A stretch of DNA of 64,000 bases from Candidatus Brocadiia bacterium (lineage in GTDB: Bacteria; Planctomycetota; Brocadiia; CAIUPP01), in assembly GCA_050015075.1 (NCBI GenBank), contig JBEKCB010000014.1, positions 39,242-103,241 of the forward strand. Reading direction: 5' to 3'. The notes under the pieces were generated by a model. That model was given only the letters and a program-made list of their open reading frames with translations. It searched no databases and was not told the DNA's origin. How positions within the stretch are numbered: the first letter of the stretch is position 1; each line of letters opens with the position of its first letter. Below, one piece after another: positions 32,423 to 40,755 of the stretch. The translations under genes were made by a program, and so were the position numbers.

Positions 32423-34438
32423 GTGATCGCCTGCGCGGTGCTGGTCCTCGCGGGACTGGCCGCTTACAGCGACAGCTTCCACGGACCATTCACCTTCGAC
32501 GATACGGTGACCGTGGATAAGCCGACCGCGAAGCACCTGCGGCCGATCCGGCCGATCCTGGCCGGACCGAGGCCGGTGGTCGAAGTGACGCTCGCGCTCA
32601 ACTATACGCTCGGCGGCCCCGGCGTGAAGGGCTACCACGTCTTTAACCTGGCCGTCCATCTGCTAGCGGGTCTCGCACTCTTCGCCGTCATGCGCCGGAC
32701 GCTGACGATGCCGCGCCTCGCCGGGCGGTTCAGCGAAGGGAACGCGACTGCGCTCGCATTTTGCACCGCGTTGCTTTGGACGCTCCATCCGCTGCAAACC
32801 GAGTCCGTGACGTACGTTATCCAGCGCGCGGAGTCGTTGATGGGACTGTTCTATCTCCTTGCGCTATATTGTCTTATCAGATCGGCATCCTCGTCGCGAC
32901 CGATCGGGTGGGCAATAGCCGCAGTGGCGTCCTGCGCACTGGGAATGGGTTGCAAAGCGGTCATGGTCTCCGCGCCGCTGATCCTGCTGCTCTATGACCG
33001 CATCTTCATCACCGGATCGTTCCGCGAGACGCTGCGGCGACGATGGGGACTTTACCTTGCCCTGGTACCGACGTTGCCGGTTCTCTGGCGCTCGATCGCC
33101 GAGGCGTTCGGCGCGCACGCGGTCTCGGCCGGGTTCAACCTCGCGAGTGTCACGCCGCGTCAGTACGCGCAGAGCCAGCCGGGAGTGATTCTCCATTACC
33201 TCGCGCTGGCATTCTGGCCGACCGGCCTCTGCCTGGATTACGACTGGCCGGTGGCGGAGAAGCTGGCGGACATCCTGCCCGACGCGATCGTGATCGGCGC
33301 CCTCCTCGCGCTCACCGTCCTGGCGCTCGCGCGGCGGCCGACGTGGGGATTCATGGGCGCGTGGTTCTTCCTGATCCTCGCCCCGAGCTCGAGCTTCATG
33401 CCGATCAAGGACCTGGCGTTCGAGCACCGGATGTATCTGCCGCTGGCCGCCGTCGCGGCGGCGTCGGTCGTCGCAATCTTCCTGGCCGGCGAATGGCTGG
33501 CGCGCCGCCTCGGCGAGACCGGAGCGGAGCGCGCGCTCTCGGCCGGGTTGCTGACGCTCGTGCCGGCGATCTCCGCCGCCGCGGTGCTCGCGGTCCTGAC
33601 CTGGCAGCGCAACGCGCAGTACCAGTCCGACATCTCGCTCTGGCAGGACACGGTCAACAAGCGAAGCGAGAACCCGCGCGCGTGGAACAATCTCGCCAAT
33701 GCGCTGATCAATGCGGACAAATACGACGAGGTGCGCCGCTGCTGCGACGAGGCGATCCGGCTGCGGTCGAATTTCCCCGAGCCTTACAACAACCGCGGGC
33801 TGTGGTACGCCAAGGAAGGGCAGTTCAAGGAAGCGGTGGACGACTACAACATGGCCATCGAGCTGCGCGGGAACTTTCCCATGGCCTACAATAACCGCGC
33901 CGCCGCCAGCATCCACCTGGAGCAGTACGACAAGGCCATTCAGGACTGCCTCCGCGCCGTCGAGCTGGACCCGGAATTCGCGATGGCCTATTACAACCTC
34001 GGGGAGGCGTACGCCAAGAGCGGCAATGACGCCGGGGCTGCCGCCGCCTACAGCAAAGCGATCGGGCTGAAATGGAACTACGCCGAGACTTACTGCAAGC
34101 TGGCCCGAGCGTTGCAACGCATCGGCCGGATTGACGAGGCGCTCCGCAACTACGACACGGCCATTGCGATGAGCCCGAAGGACTCGGACATTTACTTTGA
34201 GCGAGCGAACCTGCGCGTCGCCGCCGGCCGCGTGGCGGACGCCATCAAGGACTTCGACGCGGTGATCCGGCTGAAGCCGGATGACGCCGAGGCTTACCAG
34301 AGTCGGGCCGAGGCGCACTATGACGCGAAGGAGTACGATGCGGCCTGGGCCGACGCGCAGGCGTGCGAGAGACTCGGCGGGCGGCTGGACTCGGATTTCA
34401 TCGACGCGCTCAGCCGCGATTCAGGGCGGTTCCGATAG
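32423..34438 (+). CDS. Tandem paralog of the TMTC-like membrane-TPR protein
   Basis: Same motifs as 30172-32361; GTG start, but homology extends further upstream. Confidence 0.8.
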   Translation: MIACAVLVLAGLAAYSDSFHGPFTFDDTVTVDKPTAKHLRPIRPILAGPRPVVEVTLALNYTLGGPGVKGYHVFNLAVHLLAGLALFAVMRRTLTMPRLAGRFSEGNATALAFCTALLWTLHPLQTESVTYVIQRAESLMGLFYLLALYCLIRSASSSRPIGWAIAAVASCALGMGCKAVMVSAPLILLLYDRIFITGSFRETLRRRWGLYLALVPTLPVLWRSIAEAFGAHAVSAGFNLASVTPRQYAQSQPGVILHYLALAFWPTGLCLDYDWPVAEKLADILPDAIVIGALLALTVLALARRPTWGFMGAWFFLILAPSSSFMPIKDLAFEHRMYLPLAAVAAASVVAIFLAGEWLARRLGETGAERALSAGLLTLVPAISAAAVLAVLTWQRNAQYQSDISLWQDTVNKRSENPRAWNNLANALINADKYDEVRRCCDEAIRLRSNFPEPYNNRGLWYAKEGQFKEAVDDYNMAIELRGNFPMAYNNRAAASIHLEQYDKAIQDCLRAVELDPEFAMAYYNLGEAYAKSGNDAGAAAAYSKAIGLKWNYAETYCKLARALQRIGRIDEALRNYDTAIAMSPKDSDIYFERANLRVAAGRVADAIKDFDAVIRLKPDDAEAYQSRAEAHYDAKEYDAAWADAQACERLGGRLDSDFIDALSRDSGRFR

Positions 34439-34474
34439 AGGAGCCGCGCGACAAGCGCCGGCGCATGCTGCGGA

Positions 34475-34503
34475 TTGACGTCCTGCGCAAACGGTGCTAT
34501 ATT
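34475..34503 (+). promoter_or_regulatory. tRNA promoter
   Basis: TTGACG-17 nt-TATATT just upstream of the tRNA. Confidence 0.65.
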
Positions 34504-34513
34504 GTAATGCGTC

Positions 34514-34589
34514 GGGGGATTAGCTCAGTTGGGAGAGCGCTAGAATGGCATTCTAGAGGCCAGGGGTTCAACTCCCCTATCCTCCACCA
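34514..34589 (+). tRNA. tRNA-Ala (GGC)
   Basis: 76-nt cloverleaf; acceptor GGGGGAT/ATCCTCC with G3:U70, anticodon arm CTAGA-ATGGCAT-TCTAG, T-loop TTCAACT, encoded CCA. Confidence 0.97.
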
Positions 34590-36091
34590 ATCGACGTTCT
34601 GGCAAACTCGGAAGGGCCGGGTTTGCCAGAACTGTTTTCGGGCGTTCCAAAATACAACAGTACCTCCACGCTGTCCGCGTTCACGGTCACCTTCCGCAGC
34701 GCTGACCGCAGCAGCCGGCGCCGGCGCGGATGATCGCTTGACCCCAGGACCTTCTGTATCTCCGCGCCCAGCTCCTCGGCGTTTCGCTCCACGCCGGCTC
34801 GCGCTTCGGCGGCGCGCATCTCCTGGCTGATGACGGCGAGCCGGCGCTCGGCGTCCTCGCGCGTCGCGCGCTTCTTCGCCATCTCGGCCCGCAGGTCGGC
34901 GGCGTCGCCCGGGCCCCACTCTCCGTCAGCGGCCAGGGCCATGAGATTGTTCATGCGCTGCTGCGCGTTCGAGGCGGAGGCCTCGGCACTCCGCTTGTCG
35001 GCCGCCAGGCGTTTGAGGTCGGCAGCGGCCGTCTTCTTCTGAGCGGCCATGGCCGCGTGGAGAGATGACGGATCCGCGAGTCTCTCGGCAACCTTCTCGG
35101 CCATGAAGCGGTCAAGCTCCTGGGCATTGAAGGGCTTGCTCTTGCAGGTCCCGCCGCGGCGGTTGCCGGTGCAACCGTAATAGAAGTACCGCTTGCCCAT
35201 TTTGCCGCGTGCGGTCCACGTCGTCAGGTGCTTGCCGCAGATCCCGCAGAAGATCAGACCGTCGAGGAGGTACTCGTAATGCTCCTTGTGCGTTCGGCGC
35301 TGGCCGCCGGCGAGCGCGGCGTTCCGCTCGAGGATCGGCTGGACTCGGTCGTAGAGGCGCTGATCCACGATCGGCATGTGACTGCCGGCGAGTACTTCTC
35401 CGGCCCACTGCTGCTTACCGAGATAGATGGGGTTGCGGAGAATGCGGATCACAGTCGTGTGGCTGAGCGGGCGGCCTGACTCGCGCAGGTGCCGCACCAG
35501 GTCCGTGGCGCTCTTTCCGGAAGCGTAGAGACGGAAGAGATCGCTGACGATTGCGCGCGTGTCCGGGTTCGGCTCGAGGCCGCCGCCCTGCTTCTGCCGA
35601 TAGCCGAAGGGAATGCGACCGCCGCAGTATCGGCCCTTCCTGGCGGCGGACTGCATTGTCTCGCTCACACGCTCGGCGATCATCTCGCGCTCGAACTGGC
35701 CGAAGGAGGCGAGGAGGTTGCGGAGCAGCCTGCCGGCGGGAGTCGTGGTGTCAATTTCCTGAGTGACGGCGACGACGTCCACGCCGTGCGCTTCGGCTTC
35801 CTGGACGAGCTGGCAGAAGTCGGCGACGGAACGGCTGAGGCGGTCTATTTTCAGGGCGACCAGGACGTCGAACTTCCCGGCGCGGAGGTCGGCGAGCATG
35901 CGCTGGTAGGCGGGGCGCTGCGTGTTCTTGCCGCTCAGTCCCTCGTCACGATAGACGTCCACGACCTGCGCAGCGCGCGCTTTCGCCCATAATTGGCAGC
36001 GCTCTTCCTGTAAGTCGAGCGAGACGCCTTCTTCGGCCTGGCGCGTGGTGCTGACACGAAGATAGAGCGCGGCGCGGAGCGAGCGCCCCAT
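34577..36091 (-). CDS. Large serine recombinase (integrase)
   Basis: YLRVST catalytic Ser motif, DEGLSG, DRLSRS, recombinase domain NPIYLG, Zn ribbon CGICG...YYGC, coiled coil. Confidence 0.93.
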   Translation of the reverse strand: MGRSLRAALYLRVSTTRQAEEGVSLDLQEERCQLWAKARAAQVVDVYRDEGLSGKNTQRPAYQRMLADLRAGKFDVLVALKIDRLSRSVADFCQLVQEAEAHGVDVVAVTQEIDTTTPAGRLLRNLLASFGQFEREMIAERVSETMQSAARKGRYCGGRIPFGYRQKQGGGLEPNPDTRAIVSDLFRLYASGKSATDLVRHLRESGRPLSHTTVIRILRNPIYLGKQQWAGEVLAGSHMPIVDQRLYDRVQPILERNAALAGGQRRTHKEHYEYLLDGLIFCGICGKHLTTWTARGKMGKRYFYYGCTGNRRGGTCKSKPFNAQELDRFMAEKVAERLADPSSLHAAMAAQKKTAAADLKRLAADKRSAEASASNAQQRMNNLMALAADGEWGPGDAADLRAEMAKKRATREDAERRLAVISQEMRAAEARAGVERNAEELGAEIQKVLGSSDHPRRRRLLRSALRKVTVNADSVEVLLYFGTPENSSGKPGPSEFARTSIGGG

Positions 36092-36753
36092 TAGTAACCG
36101 CCTCTGGCGGGAACGCCCGTTTGCCCCGCTTGTATGAGGCCTAATTCGTTGGAACGCCATTCCCGGTAGACCCAAGCAGCGCGCCCGGCGTTTCCGTTTT
36201 TCACTGCCTCCTCCAGAACCATCGCGTAGGTGATGTTTGTCTTTGCTATGGAAGAATCAGGCGTTCTGCCCTTCAGCCATTCATTGAAGCCTGGCTTGGC
36301 GGCGATCTCCCGCCAGTCCGGGACCAGCTCGGTCAATCGCGCCTCGAAGGCCGCCCGCTGACGCGCGATCTCTGCTTCGCGGGCCAAGCGTTCCTTTTCT
36401 GCCTTCTGATCCGCGAGCGCTTTGTCTTCACGGGCCTTCTTCTCCTCCGGCGTGATCCACTCATCGCCCACTTTGATAAGTCCCTTTTGCGCCTGCGCGG
36501 TCTCAAAGGCAGTCTGCTCAGCGCGCGTCCGTAAACCCAAAGCCTTCCGCGTTTCATCCGAGAGGGAAGCCAATGGAATCCAGGCGCCTCCATCTGCACA
36601 ATTCACGAGCGCCTTATCGCCCTTGACCTTCAGGACCGTGACGTTTTTGAAGGCCTGCCCGTCCGTCGTCGTGACAATATCTACCGGATCCCGCGCGAGC
36701 ACGGCAACGGAGAGCGAGAACAGAAGAGCCATCGCAAGAGCGAGACGCCCCAT
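36091..36753 (-). CDS. Secreted hypothetical protein in the lysogenic operon
   Basis: Signal peptide MGRLALAMALLFSLSVAVLA; GGAGG RBS; lies between cI and int. Confidence 0.7.
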   Translation of the reverse strand: MGRLALAMALLFSLSVAVLARDPVDIVTTTDGQAFKNVTVLKVKGDKALVNCADGGAWIPLASLSDETRKALGLRTRAEQTAFETAQAQKGLIKVGDEWITPEEKKAREDKALADQKAEKERLAREAEIARQRAAFEARLTELVPDWREIAAKPGFNEWLKGRTPDSSIAKTNITYAMVLEEAVKNGNAGRAAWVYREWRSNELGLIQAGQTGVPARGGY

Positions 36754-36765
36754 GATATGCCTCCT

Positions 36766-37335
36766 TCAAAATTTCACGCCCCAGACGCGCGTCATTCGCT
36801 GAACCTCGTCCGCCGGCACTACGTCGGCATTGTGCGACGGGTTCACCGGCTGAAGTATAACCTGTCTGCCCTTGCGATGCACGCGCTTGAATGTGCGGGT
36901 TCCGTCCGTGAGTTCCACGATGGCCAAGTCGCCGTCGCGGACGGTATCCCCCTTTTCGACCAACACGATCTGGCCGTCCCGTGCGATCGGTTCCATGGAG
37001 TCGCCGCGCACACGGAAGCCGACGAGATTGTCAGGCTTCTTCTCGTGGTATGGCGCTTCGCCATCGGCAACGATCCAATGCTGGCCGCCGCCGGCGTTGA
37101 AGACCGGGAATCTGCCCGGATCGTGAACCTGCTCTTCTTCTCCGTGCCACGATGCGAGAGAATCTCCAGATAGCTTTGCGAGTCTTTCCAGTACGGCGCG
37201 GCCTGGCTTCGCGCTCCCGTGGAGGTACTGCGAGAGCGTCTGAATCTTCCATCCCATAGCCTCAGCGAGGCGCTTTTTGCCGCCGAAGTGAACTGCGAGC
37301 GCCGATAGCTTTTCCCGAAACGCCCCGTAATTCAA
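36766..37335 (-). CDS. CI/LexA-like repressor (XRE HTH plus S24 peptidase)
   Basis: HTH (KKRLAEAMGWKIQTLSQYLHG), Ala-Gly site in NAGG, VRGDSMEP Ser, TFKR Lys. Confidence 0.9.
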   Translation of the reverse strand: MNYGAFREKLSALAVHFGGKKRLAEAMGWKIQTLSQYLHGSAKPGRAVLERLAKLSGDSLASWHGEEEQVHDPGRFPVFNAGGGQHWIVADGEAPYHEKKPDNLVGFRVRGDSMEPIARDGQIVLVEKGDTVRDGDLAIVELTDGTRTFKRVHRKGRQVILQPVNPSHNADVVPADEVQRMTRVWGVKF

Positions 37336-37375
37336 GGGGTTTTCTCCATGGTTACAAATTCATGTAATTTTTCTC

Positions 37376-37404
37376 TTGACAGAGTTACGTGACTATGATA
37401 CCTT
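37376..37404 (+). promoter_or_regulatory. Early lytic promoter with flanking operator-like inverted repeats
   Basis: TTGACA-17 nt-TACCTT with extended TG; TTACA-N6-TGTAA (37352-37367); near-palindrome AGTTACGTGACT (37383-37394). Confidence 0.65.
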
Positions 37405-37552
37405 TCCACGCAGTCACGGAGAATTGAGGTCGAGACAATGCTTCAGAATTCCGAGCGCGCGCAGCGGGTTGCAAGACCCTCCAGAGCATCACGCTCTACG
37501 GCCTCGGTGTCCGTGACTGTTCACCCGCAGTCCGCTGCCGCGCTCCTTACGA

Positions 37553-37633
37553 GCGCCCGAACTTCCGCCGACGCCGCCGCGGCACGCGCCTGCCTGCGGC
37601 CTGCCAAGGCGGGAGTTCGGGCGCGCTCTTTTT
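37553..37633 (+). terminator. Long hairpin plus T-tract (terminator/attenuator-like) in the early leader
   Basis: 17-bp stem GCGCCCGAACTTCCGCC/GGCGGGAGTTCGGGCGC with an inner hairpin, followed by TTTTT. Confidence 0.55.
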
Positions 37634-37748
37634 CGGGATGTCGTCCTCGTCTGTCCGTGACCGATGATGGGCATTGTAGCACCGCGAATCGCGCAGTCAA
37701 GGCCCAATGTAATTATCGGCCAGGGCGCCGGCGGGTTGAGGTCCGGCC

Positions 37749-37943
37749 ATGAAGCGAGACCGGCGGCTGGAGAAGGTCGAGATCGGATTCGTGCCGTGGA
37801 CGCGGCTGGCGTGGGAAGAGCACGTGGACGCGCTGCTCAGTCCGCTGCCGGCAGTGCTCGGAGAAATTCAGGAGGAGCAGTCGCATGAACGAAGCAGTGA
37901 CGGCGAAAGCGGAGACGGACGAGGCACAGCCGGAACGGTCTGA
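37749..37943 (+). CDS. Small hypothetical phage protein
   Basis: ATG with GAGG RBS; overlaps the next gene. Confidence 0.45.
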   Translation: MKRDRRLEKVEIGFVPWTRLAWEEHVDALLSPLPAVLGEIQEEQSHERSSDGESGDGRGTAGTV

Positions 37944-38409
37944 GGATTGCAGGGCCTTCGTTGGTCAGCTCAGCGCGAAGCTGAAGGAGGCGGCGGGAAC
38001 GCTGCCCACCTTAGAGGACCGGATTGACAACCTGGTGGCCGAGGGAATTCATCTCAAGCTCGAGAACGAGAAGCTCCGAGAGCTGCGGCAGATTGACCAG
38101 GAGAGCATCGCGGGGCTGACACAGGAGGCCATCACGGCGGAGGACGAGCGGCGGATTCTGCGGGCGAACCTGATCCGGGCGAACGAGCGGTGCGCGATGA
38201 TCGGGGCGATGGTGGAATCCGCCAAAAGGTGCGCTCCCACGGCCGTCCCGCATCAATGGCTCGATGACCTCTTAACGATCCTTGACGTGCAGGAGTTGCC
38301 GAAGATCGTCTGCCCGAAGTGCCACGGCCCGAAGCTGCACGGTCGCGGCGTGGGATGCGAGTGGTGTGGGGCCTCGATGGATGCGACAGAGGGATGGGCC
38401 AGCGCATGA
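37885..38409 (+). CDS. Hypothetical coiled-coil protein with C-terminal Zn ribbon
   Basis: AGGAGGAG RBS; CPKC...CEWC. Confidence 0.65.
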   Translation: MNEAVTAKAETDEAQPERSEDCRAFVGQLSAKLKEAAGTLPTLEDRIDNLVAEGIHLKLENEKLRELRQIDQESIAGLTQEAITAEDERRILRANLIRANERCAMIGAMVESAKRCAPTAVPHQWLDDLLTILDVQELPKIVCPKCHGPKLHGRGVGCEWCGASMDATEGWASA

Positions 38410-38609
38410 GCGTGAATGAACATCCTCGACGGATCAGCATCTCGCTGAGTTCGGAGCAGGTGGTGAAACTGCTCAACGCGCTGCGCGAGGACAAGCCGTT
38501 TGAGTGCTTCGGAGTCAATTACGTCATCGAGATACAGCGCGAGAAGTCGAATTGGATTCAGAGCGACCTGGACGAGATCGGGGTTAGGAAAGGTAAGGCA
38601 CATGGCTGA
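38406..38609 (+). CDS. Small hypothetical phage protein
   Basis: ATGA overlap coupling with the upstream gene. Confidence 0.5.
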   Translation: MSVNEHPRRISISLSSEQVVKLLNALREDKPFECFGVNYVIEIQREKSNWIQSDLDEIGVRKGKAHG

Positions 38610-39765
38610 GTCCGAGCAGACCGTTGTGTGTCCGGGGTGCGGGAAGTCCATTCCGCTGACTAAGGCGCTGACCTCGAACATCGAGGCCACGCTGCGCCGG
38701 CAGTTTGAGGCGCAGGCCTCCGACCGCGAGCGCGCGTTGAAACGCGATTACGCGGAGCAGCTCCAGGAGGCCCAGCAAGAGGCTCGCGCGAAAGCAAGAG
38801 AAGGCATCAACGAGGAGATGGCCACGCTGCGCGATCAGCTCATGCAGAGAGACGAGCAGATCGCGGAGACGCGCCGCAAGGAGATGGACCTCATCCAGCG
38901 CGAGCGGTCCCTGACGGACCGTTTGGCCGAGGTTGACCTGGAGATCGCTCGCCGCCTGGACACCGAGCGGTCCTCGATCCGGGAAGAAGTCGCGCGGAAG
39001 ATGGAAGACGAGCGCCAACTGAAGGACCTCGAAAAGGACAAGCAGCTTTCCGACCTGAAGATGCAGGTGGACGTCCTGAAGCGGAAGCTCGAGCAGGGTT
39101 CGCAGCAGACCCAGGGCGAAGCGGTCGAGCTTCAGCTCGAGGAGCTGCTCGCCGGCGCGTTCCCGTTTGACCAGATCGAGCCGGTCGGGAAGGGCATCAA
39201 GGGCGCCGATGTGCTCCAGCGTGTCAACACGCAGCAGGGGCAGTACTGCGGCATGATCGCGTGGGAGTTCAAGAACACGCGGAACTGGACGGATGGGTGG
39301 ATCGCCAAGCTCAAGGACGACCAGCGCGCGGCAAAGGCCGAGATCGGGGTTCTCGCCACGGCCGTCCTGCCGAAGGGCATCACGCACATCGGCCAGGTCG
39401 AGGGCGTTTGGGTGACGGACTTCGCGTCGCTGATCGGACTGGCCAGCGCGCTCCGGACGGGACTTGTCCAGGTGGCGCTTGGCCGGCTCGCCGCGGTGGG
39501 GAAGAACGACAAGATGGACATGCTCTACAACTACCTGACCGGGACGGAGTTCAAGCAGCGGGTCGAGGCGATGATCGAGTCCTTCATCCTCATGCGTGAC
39601 GACCTCGAGCAGGAGAAGCGCGCGGCCGAGCGGGTATGGGCCAAACGCGAGAAGCAGATCCAGCGCGTGGTCGGCGGGGTGGCCGGAATGTACGGCGACA
39701 TGCAGGGGATCGTCGGAGTCAGTCTGCCGAGGATCGAACGGCTCGAACTGCCGGCGCCTCAGTGA
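38602..39765 (+). CDS. DUF2130 family coiled-coil protein with nuclease-like C-terminal domain
   Basis: CPGC N-terminus, coiled coil, GSQQTQGE..EL.LE..L...FP.D, EFKNT..W..GWI.KLK.DQR. Confidence 0.8.
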   Translation: MAESEQTVVCPGCGKSIPLTKALTSNIEATLRRQFEAQASDRERALKRDYAEQLQEAQQEARAKAREGINEEMATLRDQLMQRDEQIAETRRKEMDLIQRERSLTDRLAEVDLEIARRLDTERSSIREEVARKMEDERQLKDLEKDKQLSDLKMQVDVLKRKLEQGSQQTQGEAVELQLEELLAGAFPFDQIEPVGKGIKGADVLQRVNTQQGQYCGMIAWEFKNTRNWTDGWIAKLKDDQRAAKAEIGVLATAVLPKGITHIGQVEGVWVTDFASLIGLASALRTGLVQVALGRLAAVGKNDKMDMLYNYLTGTEFKQRVEAMIESFILMRDDLEQEKRAAERVWAKREKQIQRVVGGVAGMYGDMQGIVGVSLPRIERLELPAPQ

Positions 39766-39779
39766 AAGGAAAGCGAGAG

Positions 39780-40745
39780 ATGAAAGTTCACAAACGCAAG
39801 CCGAAGGCGACCGCGCCCAAGGCTGTTGTGCTTCCGACGAAGCCCGGAATGTACGACGGGATTCCCTTCACCGATTACTGCCTGCGCCTCAAGGGCGCGA
39901 ACTCCACGATGCTGCGGCAGTTCCTCCACGAGACGCCCTCGCGCGTTTACTATCTCATGACGCACCCGGAGAAGGCGGAGGACTCCGTGGCGCTTCGCCT
40001 GGGACACGCCACGCATGCGGCGGTCCTGGAGCCAGAGCGGTTCGAGGAGGAATACGCGAGGATTCCGAAGTTCGACCTGCGGACGAACGAGGGTAAAGCC
40101 GGCGCTTTGAAGTGGGCCGAGGACCATCCGACCCAGGCGCGGCTGCTTCCGGACAAATACGACGAGACGCTGGCTATGCGCGACGCCCTCCTGGCCCACC
40201 CTCTTGCCTCAAAGCTCCTCGGCGCGCCTGGCCGCACCGAAGTCACCGTCCTCTTCAGCATCCCGGTCTGGAAGAACCGGGAGACGGGTGAGATCGCCTG
40301 CCAGCCGGAATCGCCGGGCAAAGGATTCGTCCGCGCCGGCGAGGTCGCGTGCAAGGCCCGGATCGACAAGCTGATCTCGTGGGAGAACTGGTCAACGGTC
40401 CTGGACCTCAAGACGGACCGCGATGCCTCGTTGGCCGGCTTCGGGAAGGCCTGCGAGAAATTCTCCTACCACGCCCAAGCCGCGATGTACCTGGACGCGC
40501 TGGACATTCTCGCGCCGCGCAAGCGCCGGTTCATTCACGTCGTGGTGGACAAGCGACCGCCGCACGACGTGGCGGTGCGCGAGCTGGACGAGCCGGAGCT
40601 GCGCGAGGGCCGGGCGGCGTATCGCTTTGCGCTCGCGACCTACATCCAGTGCAAGAAGTCCGGCGTGTGGCCGGCCTATTTCGACGGCATCGAGCCGCAG
40701 GAAATGCGCCGGAGCGCTTTCCGGTTCACCGATCCGACTCAGTAA
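39780..40745 (+). CDS. RecE/exonuclease VIII-like PD-(D/E)XK nuclease (DUF3799-like)
   Basis: G.A.HAAVLEP..F, CKARID, DLKT, YH.QAAMY. Confidence 0.85.
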   Translation: MKVHKRKPKATAPKAVVLPTKPGMYDGIPFTDYCLRLKGANSTMLRQFLHETPSRVYYLMTHPEKAEDSVALRLGHATHAAVLEPERFEEEYARIPKFDLRTNEGKAGALKWAEDHPTQARLLPDKYDETLAMRDALLAHPLASKLLGAPGRTEVTVLFSIPVWKNRETGEIACQPESPGKGFVRAGEVACKARIDKLISWENWSTVLDLKTDRDASLAGFGKACEKFSYHAQAAMYLDALDILAPRKRRFIHVVVDKRPPHDVAVRELDEPELREGRAAYRFALATYIQCKKSGVWPAYFDGIEPQEMRRSAFRFTDPTQ

Positions 40746-40755
40746 GGAGCCGACG

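Noticed and set aside
37438-37752. 104-aa ORF as cro
   Set aside because: No HTH, Arg/Ser/Ala-biased composition, and it overlaps a strong hairpin with a T tract; not listed as a CDS.
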